DNA of 64,000 bases from Paraphysomonas bandaiensis (lineage: Eukaryota > Protista > Chrysophyceae). The notes under the pieces are model-generated. The model did not search any database, was not told the origin of the DNA, and worked only from the letters and a program-made list of their open reading frames with translations. Positions within the stretch are counted from its first letter, which is position 1; the number at the start of each line of letters is the position of its first letter. The stretch lies in contig CBFFRP010000108.1 in NCBI GenBank assembly GCA_965644295.1, positions 124,001-188,000 of the forward strand. The letters are read 5' to 3'. A program made the position numbers and the translations under genes. Shown here piece by piece: positions 26,801 to 37,997 of the stretch.

Positions 26801-29010
26801 AGGAATTTTGACAGATGACATTATCTGTAAAGTATTAGCTGCAGGACACTACACAATATATATACCACTGCACTCTACCTGTGCAGACTCTGACTCTCGA
26901 ATATACACGAGCATATAAGCCGAACTGAACCCCGCGCCACTCTCTTCACCGTAACACATCTCGACTGCCTCCCTGCGGTCCACTGAAAACACATGTTCGT
27001 CGTCAAACTTATACCACTTCCCAGAGGTACTTAGTTTCATTCCATGTGTGTAAATGTCATCCCAAAACCCATCCTGACCAGTCGGTCTGATAAAAGCGTA
27101 GTAATGCCCACCGTAGACATCGCCCTGCTTAATGTTAGACATACGACGAGCTAATAGGGCACACGAATAATACTCTCGTTTACAGCACTCACTTCATGAA
27201 CCAATACACTATGTAGTTGGAAAATATTTCGCTGGCCTCCTTGTTCCTTCTCCATATTTGCTGCCTCAGAAGCATCTACAAATTCATTCAGATCTAAACG
27301 CAAGGGAAACTCAAATCTATCGTGAATTTTAGCGAATCCCTGATTAATACAAATAAAATGTTTAAAAGCCATGGTGCATACGCACGTTTTCTTCTCTCAC
27401 CAATCGCCTCATATCAAACTCAAATCGCTTCAAATGTATTGTCAAAACTGGTGGAAGCTCAGTAAAGATCACCCCTTTCTCAGCGTCCTGCTTCCCCTGT
27501 CTGAAACAAATATATATTGCTATCAATTAATATAGTGGGGTGCAAAATTCATAGCATAACAACACACCCGTCTCCCGCATCATATTGGTTCTCCCCTGTT
27601 AGTATCTCCCTCGCAATGTACTTTCTAAATGAATCGTATACGTCCTTGCAGTCCTTAACATCCAGCTACACACAATCCCCAACACATTGAAATGAATATA
27701 CAGACACACATGCAATACACATATACATACCTGTATGTCATAGAATTCCTCTTCTCTGGTGCTCTCATAGGCAATGTTGATACATCGAATGTAGCTTCTA
27801 ATCTTTCCTGCGAACAGGTTCTTGACAGCACCGTCCACCGGTGTACCTTTCATACACTCCTCCAGCTTGTCCAAAAGCACCCGTAGCATCTCTTGTACAT
27901 CTTGTTGCTGTAACGCATCGCAGCTATCCCACCCAAAAGCGCGGGTTAGGTCTGTCGTTGAAACCGGCATGTCGCTTGTCTACAGTGGTCAGCACAACGA
28001 TTAGACGGTGAATAAGATAAAAGAGTTGAGCATATCCATTTATAGCATAATAACCTGAAGCTGGTTGAATATGTTCTGAAGCGAAAGGGTAGTGGATTTG
28101 TCATATATCTCGCCCGCAAAGGGAATGGTATACACACTATCTCTAAAGGCGTTGACGTGGTACAACATCTGACATGAAGGTGAACCACCACAGGCACAAC
28201 ATACTCAATAATTAACAACAACTCAACAAAATTTAATCACAACAGTTCATGTAGTCTAAAATAGTCATAGTATTATTACACATATTACAATGCGAACACG
28301 CACATAGAGAGTGTGGGACTCTAACCTGCAGTAGGGCGTTTAGATAGCACGTGGCGCCCAGGTTCTCCAGTCCCACTAAACCAGTGTGCAATTTCGAATT
28401 GTAGTTCGCTGATGCTACGGGAGAAATAGGAAGTGCCTGAAGCCGTACCCTTATAACAATATGATCATCTGGGGTCACGAAGTTGTGAACGTTTGAACGA
28501 ATATAACTTGTCTGAACCAATTCTTTTCCTCTGTCTTCGCTATTCCGTCCTGGGACCTTGCGGTATATATAGTTTAAGACCCCACACGGCCCAATAATAT
28601 TAGGGGATACAGTAGGAAGAGGAAGAATAGTAATAGTGGATTTGACATTCAACACGTATCCATCAGGCAAGTTGTTGCAATTGTAAAACCCTATGTATCC
28701 CCGTATATTACGGTCCGTGATGCGCATTAGTATCCCCCAGTCAGCACCCTTCCATCTGTGTGTGTTACTCCATGGATCTGAGTCGATCTGATCAACACTG
28801 AGACCGTTCAGTACTCTCCTGAATACACGTGAGTATGTTTAGTGTATGATTACATCGTATAGAAGGCGTTAGCACTTATAATACTTACGATATATCTAAT
28901 CGTTCATCCCATTCAATAATATCGTTATCCGCATGATTTAAATACAAGTTATCATCTCTCCAGTAACCCCTTTCATCCACAGTACTCCCAACAGGCCCAT
29001 TATCTCCCAT
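23876..29010 (-). CDS. USP7/UBP12-like ubiquitin carboxyl-terminal hydrolase (MATH-like N-terminus, USP catalytic domain, long C-terminal region), multi-exon
   Basis: Cys box GLVGLENLGATCYLNALLQ, QQDVQE, KIHDRFEFP, LHSVLVH, His box GGHYYAFIRP, WYKFDD, SAYMLVYIRE. Start MGDNGPVG at 29010; predicted last exon ends ...GITIRR* at 23876. Terminal exons are less certain. Confidence 0.85.
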
Positions 29011-29872
29011 ATCATACAGATCAATGGGTTGATTCTCTATTGGAACAGAGTGTCTCTATATAATAAATAAGACACACATATACATATACATACATATACA
29101 TAGTGAACATACCTGTCTTCACTTCCACTTCACTTCTTTGATGTCTTTTCAAGAAAGTCAGGAAGAAGTATGTGTCTCTGGGAGGAGAATGATACACACT
29201 GCTGCTGTACACATCTGAATACAGTATATATATATCCACTCTGGGGCTGTATGTTCTTCAATCTTCATATTCCGATGCTGCAAATAGATACAATTCCTTT
29301 TTTTAAGCTGGTTTCTAGATTTTGTGGGAAAAAGTCTATATTTAGGACTTTTTTATCTGTAACTCCAAAAAGTGAGGGATTCTATACGTGCCGTAGATAC
29401 TTGCTTTTAAGCAAGAACGTGTTCATCGAGCATTACGATTGCAGTGATTCTTTCATGCCAGCAGCTGTGGTAATAGGATTGAAAGTCGAAAGGTAACCTG
29501 CGCCTGGTACAATGTAGTTGCTGTGTCCAGTCATGCTATACGCTGTGGGCAATTGAGCTTCAACCAGAACATCATTGAAACACCTGAAGTCGTGTTGTCT
29601 TATGGTTGACATTCCAACTACTGAGTTAACAACATGAAATTCTAAGTATTAGATACTAGTAGTAGGAAGTGCCATATAGTATTGTATTGTTTATATTATA
29701 TATATCATGCTACAACTACTGGAGCTTCATTTTGAGCAAAGGATGTATACTCTGAAAAGTATAGTATTTATATATTACTCCGTAGCACAGCTTTTTGCGA
29801 TAAGTAAAATGAAAAGCGATTCTAGAGTAAAGTGGTCAAGATATAATGAGAGTAATATATCAGGACAACGGC

Positions 29873-30523
29873 ACAGGCACTTTAGATAAGTGTATACTAT
29901 TAGGCCATAGAAGACTACGTCCCGGCCTGACTTAAATGAGGACACTTATATGGATCATCTGTATCTGAATCGTGGGGCTAGAGATCCCATGGATTTAAAG
30001 ATTTCTCTCGACATTCTGCAGCAGTACGCAGATCGAAGAAGAGTACACACCACCAGATGGTCAGGACAACAGTACACCGCCCATATTGCTGAGCCACTGC
30101 AGCATTGGGAGCAGCAAATTTATATGGCGTGTACAGCGACTGATATTATTGATCGTTTACAGGATCATTTCTTTGAGAAATATCTTCAGAAGAACTCTCT
30201 CTTGCTATTTTCATTTGCTCAAAGAAATGACCCTGTAAACGATCAATAATATCAGTCGCTGTACACGCCATATAAATTTGCTGCTCCCAATGCTGCAGTG
30301 GCTCAGCAATATGGGCGGTGTACCGTTGTCCTGACCATCTGGTGGTGTGTACTCTTTTTCGATCTGCGTACTGCTGCAGAATGTCGAGAGAAATCTTTAA
30401 ATCCATGGGATCTCTAGCCCCACGATTCAGATACAGATGATCCATATAAGTGTCCTCATTTAAGTCAGGCCGAGGACGTAGTCTTCTATGGCCTAATAGT
30501 ATACACTTATCTAAAGTGCCTGT
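29873..30523. repeat. Long near-perfect inverted repeat (hairpin): arms 29873-30177 and 30218-30523, loop about 40 nt
   Basis: The arms are reverse complements with about 3 substitutions and one 1-nt indel by eye. The same peptide appears in opposite-strand ORFs 29950+ and 30146-. Confidence 0.95.
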
Positions 30524-31023
30524 AGTGGGTCTCTTCGATTTGAACATTCCCCTTCTTACTCGGCATCGATAACATAAGCCACCCTGGATTTCCATCGAAT
30601 TTACCTGGTCCTTACAATCAATACAAATACTCTACACTTCTTAGGTAAACCATGGAGATGGAGATTATATCGAAATCATATTTGCCTCATCATCGCAATT
30701 ATTACTACACTAATAAAATAACATTCGTATATTGTTACATTGTAGATTGCGTAGCATGTTGTTTCTAATTTTTATTGTTCTTACGTGTTTACTATTGCAA
30801 TATATGTAGACATGTAGTAGATAATTATTTCATCACCAATATGTTTAGCAATCATATATATTATATATATATTGTGGGCCCATACCTTTCGCCCTCTTGC
30901 TATCTATCGTAACTATTTTATAGGAAAATTCTTTAATTAACGAGTCATATATACATTCTTGTTACTTCTTACATATATCACAAATATTATGCAATCTTAC
31001 ATCTGACTTAACTATCTATATCT

Positions 31024-32796
31024 CTACGATTTACCCTCCTCTCTGAATCCCTTAAAAAATGATAAAATCCGTGTTAAGAAATTTCGTACAGATAATCCAG
31101 AAAATCCAAATATGATAGATGGGACGATGCCGTACCCAAATGCCCACATCATTGTACTAAAAAACTGTAAAATCTATGTTAGTAGTGTTAGTATGACATT
31201 TTGCACATCTACCTGCAACTTTGATGCTCTGACACTAGGAACTGTCCCGCACTGCTGTTTGGCGTAATCGTCCACCCCCTTCTGAGACTGATCCGGACTT
31301 TCAAATGCAGCCTCCACTAAGCATGCTGCGAAGTCCTCCGTCCCGTCCACGAAATGATCATACTTAATGCCATTTATGTAGAGTAGAGAAGGGGCAACAT
31401 ACATAGTGGTCATACAGAAGACTACCACAAAAAGAATAGATCTCCCATTGTACCTCAAACTCTCCTTAAGCATCGCTAGATTCACTGTACCCTTCCTTAA
31501 AATTGATTTGTTCAAAGATGATAGCCATGAGAGTCGTGCTGCGTGGTTGCGACTGTCTTGATTAGTAGTGCTAAGATCCGCAGAGGATGACCACGGCATC
31601 GTCGTGATCGAGCTGGTGAAAGGCGGTGAGTCAGAGGAGTCAGTGGTTTTTTTCGCTTTAGTGGCACCAAGAAGATCCTGCTTAGATTGTAGCGAAGGGC
31701 TCGATATGCCCCAGCTCATATTGCTACCACGCCAGTCCCCCACACTGCTGTCCTCATACAGACCGTCCCGAGCATCTGCCCACTGCCCAACATGCATAGG
31801 TACATCTGCTGCGGAATCCTCGCTATCGCGCACTAGAGGTTCTTTAATCATGCTCCCGCCGTACAAACAAGGGTCAAGACTTAGGAACACAGGAGTAGAT
31901 GATGGTGAATAGGGGGAGTCTTCAGACTGAGAATACTCACTAGACACAATGCTGCTACGGTTCGTATCGTCACCCATAACTTCACGTTCACTAGGACAAC
32001 TACTATTCAATTCTTGACCTGGTGCCATAGAAGATTGGGCATGGGTTCCATGAGGGGCAGTAGCAAACTTTTTCGTACTCACAAACACGCTGTGAATTCT
32101 GGCTGCCCCAGCAAGTGTGATTACCAGGCATATAAAATTCAGTATGCAGAAAGGGGCAAAGAGAGTGTACCAGAAATACCACTGATTGTCAGAAAATAAA
32201 TATAAACAGAATGGGATATTAGCTTGAGGATCAAAACCAAGGTTATCTCCAATAAGGGGAATTGAGGTCATGACAGTACAAAACACTAACGCAACTGCCA
32301 TATACCTTCCACGCAGTGCATCTATTTTGTCTTTAGGCATACGAGATATAATATGCAAGTATGTATCAATTGAAAGTATAACACTCCAGATTTCTACCCA
32401 TAAAAATAAGAATACTACTGTTGCTGCTTGAAAGATACATAATCCATCACGCTTGACATAGTGTGCATCCCCGTTGCAGACAACCATATCGTTTCGGTTC
32501 TCTATGAAAAAAATAAGTGATACAACAGCACTGACAAGAAACCCCAATATAAACATAGCGCGAAGAAACAATTTTTTGAAGTCGGCTGAAAGGATAGCCA
32601 GTGCTGTAGCTGTACAACAGAGAGACAGAGCCGATAGAATAAGTACTGTATGTGTAAGAAACGTCCACTCTTCTGAACTGTATGTAAGAGTAGGGCATGG
32701 AATGGCGCAATCACCAGGTTCATATGCCCATAGGACTGTATCGTGATTGCTATGAGCATACACTAGAGGTGCGGGACAATAAAATGTTGAATTCAT
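31024..32796 (-). CDS. Frizzled/Smoothened-like 7TM receptor apparently lacking the cysteine-rich domain. Exons 32796-31213 and 31164-31024.
   Basis: CPAPLV...CAIPCP..TYS.EEW linker before TM1, C.FQA in TM3, six hydrophobic helices in the ORF and a long Ser-rich third intracellular loop. A 48-nt GT-AG intron supplies TM7 (FFSTMMWAFGYGIVPSIIFG). Confidence 0.75.
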
Positions 32797-32979
32797 GATA
32801 TATACTGAGATAACGGCTGCTACACAGATAATCTACCCGTCAATACAGAAACACATTCAAAAATAATGATTTATTGATTAGTAATAGAGAAGAGATAATG
32901 AGATTGACAGTGAGCCTTCTCAGATTATGTTTGCCATATTGGATATGATTATCTTCAAATGATCGATCTAACTCCTGTG

Positions 32980-33485
32980 ATGTATGTATGTATGTATGTA
33001 TGTATGTATGTATGTATGTATGTATGTATGTATGTATGTATGTATGTATGTATGTATGTATGTATGTATGTATGTATGTATGTATGTATGTATGTATGTA
33101 TGTATGTATGTATGTATGTATGTATGTATGTATGTATGTATGTATGTATGTATGTATGTATGTATGTATGTATGTATGTATGTATGTATGTATGTATGTA
33201 TGTATGTATGTATGTATGTATGTATGTATGTATGTATGTATGTATGTATGTAGGTATGTAGGTATGTAGGTATGTAGGTATGTAGGTATGTAGGTATGTA
33301 GGTATGTAGGTATGTAGGTATGTAGGTATGTAGGTATGTAGGTATGTAGGTATGTAGGTATGTAGGTATGTAGGTATGTATGTATGTATGTATGTATGTA
33401 TGTATGTATGTATGTATGTATGTATGTATGTATGTATGTATGTATGTATGTAGGTAGGTAGGTAGGTAGGTAGGTAGGTAGGTAG
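32980..33485. repeat. Compound microsatellite, approximately (TATG)67(TAGGTATG)16(TATG)18(TAGG)8
   Basis: Read directly from the sequence. It explains the spurious HTYI and MYVC ORFs. Confidence 0.97.
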
Positions 33486-33546
33486 CATCGGTGCAGATAT
33501 TCCAGGTAGGAATTCCCAGTATATACTATCCACTGCCTTATATACT

Positions 33547-35854
33547 TTATATACAATATCACCGGCACTCTTACAAGGATATTAGTGGTTAGCTTGCATC
33601 AATGGCTGCTTTCAATAGTCTGGATGAACTGGGAATGGACGAGCAGTGGAAGCAATATGTCGTTCACTGCAAGAAGTCCCCTTATGATGTATATATCGGA
33701 AGAGCCTCTCCAGAAATGCCGAAAGGTTCAAATCCACAGTGGGGTAACCCATTTCAAATGCGAAAACAATCAGAGAGGGAGCACAATAGAGTGTGTAGAG
33801 AGTTTAGTGAGTGGATACTGACGCAACCTCAACTTATACAGAAAGCGAGAGCAGAACTCCGAGGAAAAATACTTGCGTGCTGGTGTTCGCCAAAGAGATG
33901 TCATGGCCATGTACTCTCTGAAATAGCTAATTGTAGCGACGAGTGTTTTGAGGTCAAATTTGGCCCTGTTTTGCATGTGGATACCATACAAAACGTTCAA
34001 GTTGAACCAAACGCATCTAAAAATGCGGAATCAATTCAGTCTATCCGACAAAAATTGTATAAACTAGACAGTGATGCAACACTAACTGCTCATCAACGAA
34101 AACATGAACGTCGAAACCTCAATAAGAAACTTGACCGACTGATATCACGTGAAAAGAGTGGTGGAGGTGAAACTTGTGTCCAGGCGTCTGTTGTTGTGGA
34201 TATCGGTATTAATATTACTAGCAAGCAGCTACGGGGCAAATGGCGCGATATATTTCTACGAGCGGAAGAGGCAAAGGTTGTAGCTGTTCTTCTTACTGGA
34301 ACTTCAATACGATGTGTAGAAGAGTCTATAGAAATAGCCCGGCAGTGGGCCCAGGAGAAGGGCACAAAAAATGTACACCATCCCAAGTTGGCGGCATACT
34401 GTACTGCCGGCATCCATCCTCACGATGCGAAATCATTCACTGAATCTACTACGCAACGCCTGCGAGAGCTTGCTGCAGACCCTTTGGTGGTTGCTATAGG
34501 AGAGTGTGGTTTAGACTTCAATCGCAACTTTAGCTCCAGAGAAGAACAGATTAGGGCATTCGAGGCTCAGGTGGAGCTCGCCTGTGAGTTAGGCATGCCA
34601 ATGTTTGTGCATGAGAGAGAGGCACATGAGGCTTTACTAGAAGTTCTTGATAGGTAACAACTTAATGTTCACATTTTGAGAAGATTTTGTTATAGAACTA
34701 AGTAGAGAATTAATAATGTAGATTAGTGTGATGTCTTTTGCGTGTTTAGAAGAGCTTGTTTGCATGTTATGCGACAGGAAGTTATGTGTATATGTTTTAG
34801 GTTTTCCGGAAGATTGCCACCACTGGTGGTTCATTGCTTCACTGGTTCTCACGAGGAAGCAATCGCTTATATAGAGCGTGGATTTTTTATTGGGTTTACA
34901 GGCACGCTTTGCAAGCACGAGCGAGGTGCGGTGCTTAGAGAAATACTCCGAAGCGGCACAGTGCCTCTAGAGCGAATCATGATAGAGACGGATGCACCAT
35001 GGATGGGGTTCGTGAAAGGAAGAAGGGAGAGTGAACCCATGGATGTCAATGGAGTTGCGGATAAGCTGGCTGAGTGCTTAGAAGTTGACGTAGAAAGAGT
35101 TCGCAATACCACCACGGCGACTGCATTTAATTTTTTCAGATTGAGTTAGCATAATATGTGGCTAATGATTTAGTACAATAGACTGCTATTGTTTTGATAT
35201 GAGTTGCATGATAGCTTAATGTATTAGGGTTGTGACAACTGGAAGTAGCTTTGGAGATTAGACGATTTTTTTACAGGATATTTTTTGTTAAAACTGACTA
35301 AGTCGTTTGCAAGTGTTAGATCTCAAGTCACAGCTGAGGTGATATAGTCCAATAGACTTCAATAGCTGGTTCTATCTGTTTTCAACTAAAATTTACGCAA
35401 ACCAACAAGCACATTGAGATGTTTGGCCCTCGATGCTGTTTGTAGTGATTAAGCTTTTAGCAAGATTACTATACAAATTTAATATACAGTTTTACTATAA
35501 CATAGCCTGGAATGTTATGGCCAATATAAGATGCTCTTCAGTACAGGTTGGGCATCTAATATCCAACAAATTCGTCTTCCTCAAATTCGCCTTCAGTGAC
35601 TGTGCCATCTGACATCGTGTATCTACATAGCTGTATCAACAATAGCTTTCACGAGTCAAATTACCTACCGTCCCTTTCCATGCATCATACCGCCTTTCCA
35701 CTCACCAACATACTCAATACCATCACACCAGTTTTTAGTTCCATGTCCTTCGTGCAATCCAGCTACCCATTCGCCATCATATACAACTCCATCGCTATAT
35801 GTCATGATACCTCTCCCCTCTCTCTCCCCAGAAGGCGACATCTGACCAACGTAT
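33547..35854 (+). repeat. Left arm of a ~2.3-kb inverted segmental duplication
   Basis: Reverse-complement match to 37299-39724 across the 5' flank, both exons, the intron, the 3' flank and the 3' half of the MORN gene. Confidence 0.93.
33602..35149 (+). CDS. tatD: DUF4326-TatD nuclease fusion protein, copy 1. Exons 33602-34653 and 34801-35149.
   Basis: N-terminal VVHCKK.PYDVYIGR..WGNPF..ELRGKILACWC.PKRCHGHVL (DUF4326). C-terminal DIGIN, TAGIHPHDA, AIGECGLDFNRNFS, FVHEREAH, VVHCFTG, ETDAP (E. coli-type TatD). GT-AG intron 34654-34800. Confidence 0.9.
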
Positions 35855-36419
35855 TGGTCACCGTTGCTGTATGTAAACGAAACAACGGAAGTAGTGTTTA
35901 CAGACTCCTAGATTCGGATAAAACTATGTTAATTCAAATATATTGACAGTATTAGAAATAAAAACCACACCGAGACAACGTTTTGTGCTGCCCGCAACTG
36001 GTCCTCCATTGCAACTTTCTCTGCTTCTATTCGCAATATCTCTTTATTTCTTTTATCCTTTTCCTTTTCCTCTCGTGTAGTTTCTAATCTTTTCATCCAA
36101 ACCCTATAACTTTTTGGGTTACATATTGGACAATACCCAGCGTCACGGGAGCTACGATAACGATATATATACCATGTCGTCAGTATACTACAAGACTGTA
36201 TATTGTCACCTACTCTTTATTTACCCATCCTACACCATCAATATAGCTCGGATACAAATCTCCTTCCAAGTGTGGCCTGATATCTTCGCATGCACAACAC
36301 TTTAAGGTAGATGACGGGTAGCAGTTATGTCCGCATTGTTTCAATTGGGGTGTCAAAGATGCAGCTGAGGTGATGTCGTTTTCATCATTGACATCATTGG
36401 CATCTGTAGCATCATGCAT
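35556..36419 (-). CDS. Small 4-exon protein: Cys-rich putative metal-binding motif, coiled coil, C-terminal MORN repeats
   Basis: Spliced by hand: MHDATD...CGHNC..CCACEDIRP..YIDGVGWVNKDSRDAGYCPICNP...EKEKDKRNKE...[72 protein letters not shown]. All three introns are GT-AG and keep the frame. Mostly missed by the ORF track. Confidence 0.75.
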
Positions 36420-37184
36420 TGTGTGCCTATATAACCTAATCAGATGTTGATGATGCAATGTGTTGATAGTGATGAGTGTGTCCACTCCACTGCACAGACA
36501 ACTCTAGAACTGAGCCCAGCCAACCATTTCCATAACAATGCTTGTGGTTGGTGAAATATTTCTACCCTTCCTGCCTACCAACAAACATAAAAAGCGTATT
36601 TTATACATAATCCTAGAGTATTTTAAAAAAACTGGATATTTTCATGTCGTGAATATCCATGGATATGGGAAAACTTGTGAAAATACATTCATTCGTACGA
36701 AGTATTGTCCTAATATTACGATATCTATGTGCATGATGTCAATGGAAGGTATCCGTAGTGCACATAGTAATCATTATGACAGTCTACTGTCGTCCTCAAC
36801 TGCATTCTTCTAACAAGTTTTGCCCGAAGTATATCGAGAAGAAGTGGAATCGGCGCAACAAAGTTGACATGGAGTTCAGGAACGGGGTAGAATCTTGAAC
36901 TCTCACCCACTAAAATATAGTTCCGTTTCTAGTGTGAACTCTGTTATAGAATTTGTACAATTGAAGCAAGTTAATAGGTGCAATACGTTATACAATGTCG
37001 TAGAAGAAAGGGTGAATTTACCTACGAAGAAAGTAAATTCAGATACTGCTGTGTGCCCGTAATATATATATATGACGTAGGTTTACTTGGTGAACATATG
37101 CAAAGGGTATATCAATGAAACTAGATATTCATGATGCTGCTTAGCTTGATACTTAAAAATAAAGCCTTGTGCATAACAAAGTAA

Positions 37185-37297
37185 TATTGAAGTCTATTGG
37201 ACTATATCACCTCAGTTGTGACTTGAGATCTAACACTTGCAAACGACTTAGTCAGTTTTAACAAAAATATCCTGTAAAAACAAATCATCTAATCTCC
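37185..37297. repeat. Third copy of a ~110-bp segment from inside the duplicated arms, abutting the inner breakpoint
   Basis: TATTGAAGTCTATTGGACTATATCACCTCAG...TCTAATCTCC matches about 37780-37893 directly and about 35252-35364 in reverse complement. Confidence 0.85.
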
Positions 37298-37298
37298 T

Positions 37299-37597
37299 AT
37301 ACGTTGGTCAGATTCCGCCTTCTGGGGAGAGAGAGGGAAGAGGTATCATGACATATAGCGATGGAGTTGTATATGATGGCGAATGGGTAGCTGGATTGCA
37401 CGAAGGACATGGAACTAAAAACTGGTGTGATGGTATTGAGTATGTTGGTGAGTGGAAAGGCGGTATGATGCATGGAAAGGGACGGTAGGTAATTTGACTC
37501 ATGAAAGCTATTGTTGATACAGCTATTTAGATACACGATGTCAGATGGCACAGTCACTGAAGGCGAATTTGAGGAAGACGAATTTGTTGGATATTAG
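37299..37597 (+). pseudogene. 5'-truncated duplicate of the MORN-repeat gene
   Basis: Starts mid-exon (YVGQIPPSGEREGRG...), keeps the last intron and the stop at 37595-37597, and has no upstream exons in this orientation. Confidence 0.75.
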
Positions 37598-37997
37598 AGT
37601 ATCTTATATTGGCCATAACATTCCACGGCTATCATGTTATAGTAAAACTGTAAATTAAATTAGTATAGTAATCTTGCTAAAAGCTTAATCACTACAAACA
37701 GCATCGAGGGCCAAACATCTTAATGTGCTTGTTGGTTTGCGTAAATTTTATTTCAAAACAGATAGAACCAGTAACCAGTTATTGAAGTCTATTAGACGAT
37801 ATCACCTCAGCTGTGACTTGAGATCTAACACTTGCAAACGACTTAGTCAGTTTTAACAAAAAATATCCTGTAAAAATAAAATCTTCTAATCTCCAAAGCT
37901 ACTTCCAGTTGTCACAACCCTAATACATTAAGCTATCATGCAACTCATATCAAAATAATAGCAGTCTATTGTACTAAATCATTAGCCACATATTATG

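Noticed and set aside
29950-30595. Two overlapping opposite-strand protein genes
   Set aside because: They are mirror products of the hairpin arms and match no family I recognise.
33451-33485. (TAGG)n as an interstitial telomere
   Set aside because: The unit derives from the adjacent TATG array by one substitution and is not a TTAGGG/TTTAGGG repeat.
32840-33568. ORFs encoding HTYI and MYVC repeat proteins
   Set aside because: They are translations of the stop-free microsatellite.
35596-35946. Plus-strand 116-aa ORF and its mirror at 37297-37557
   Set aside because: Both are antisense to the MORN-repeat exons.
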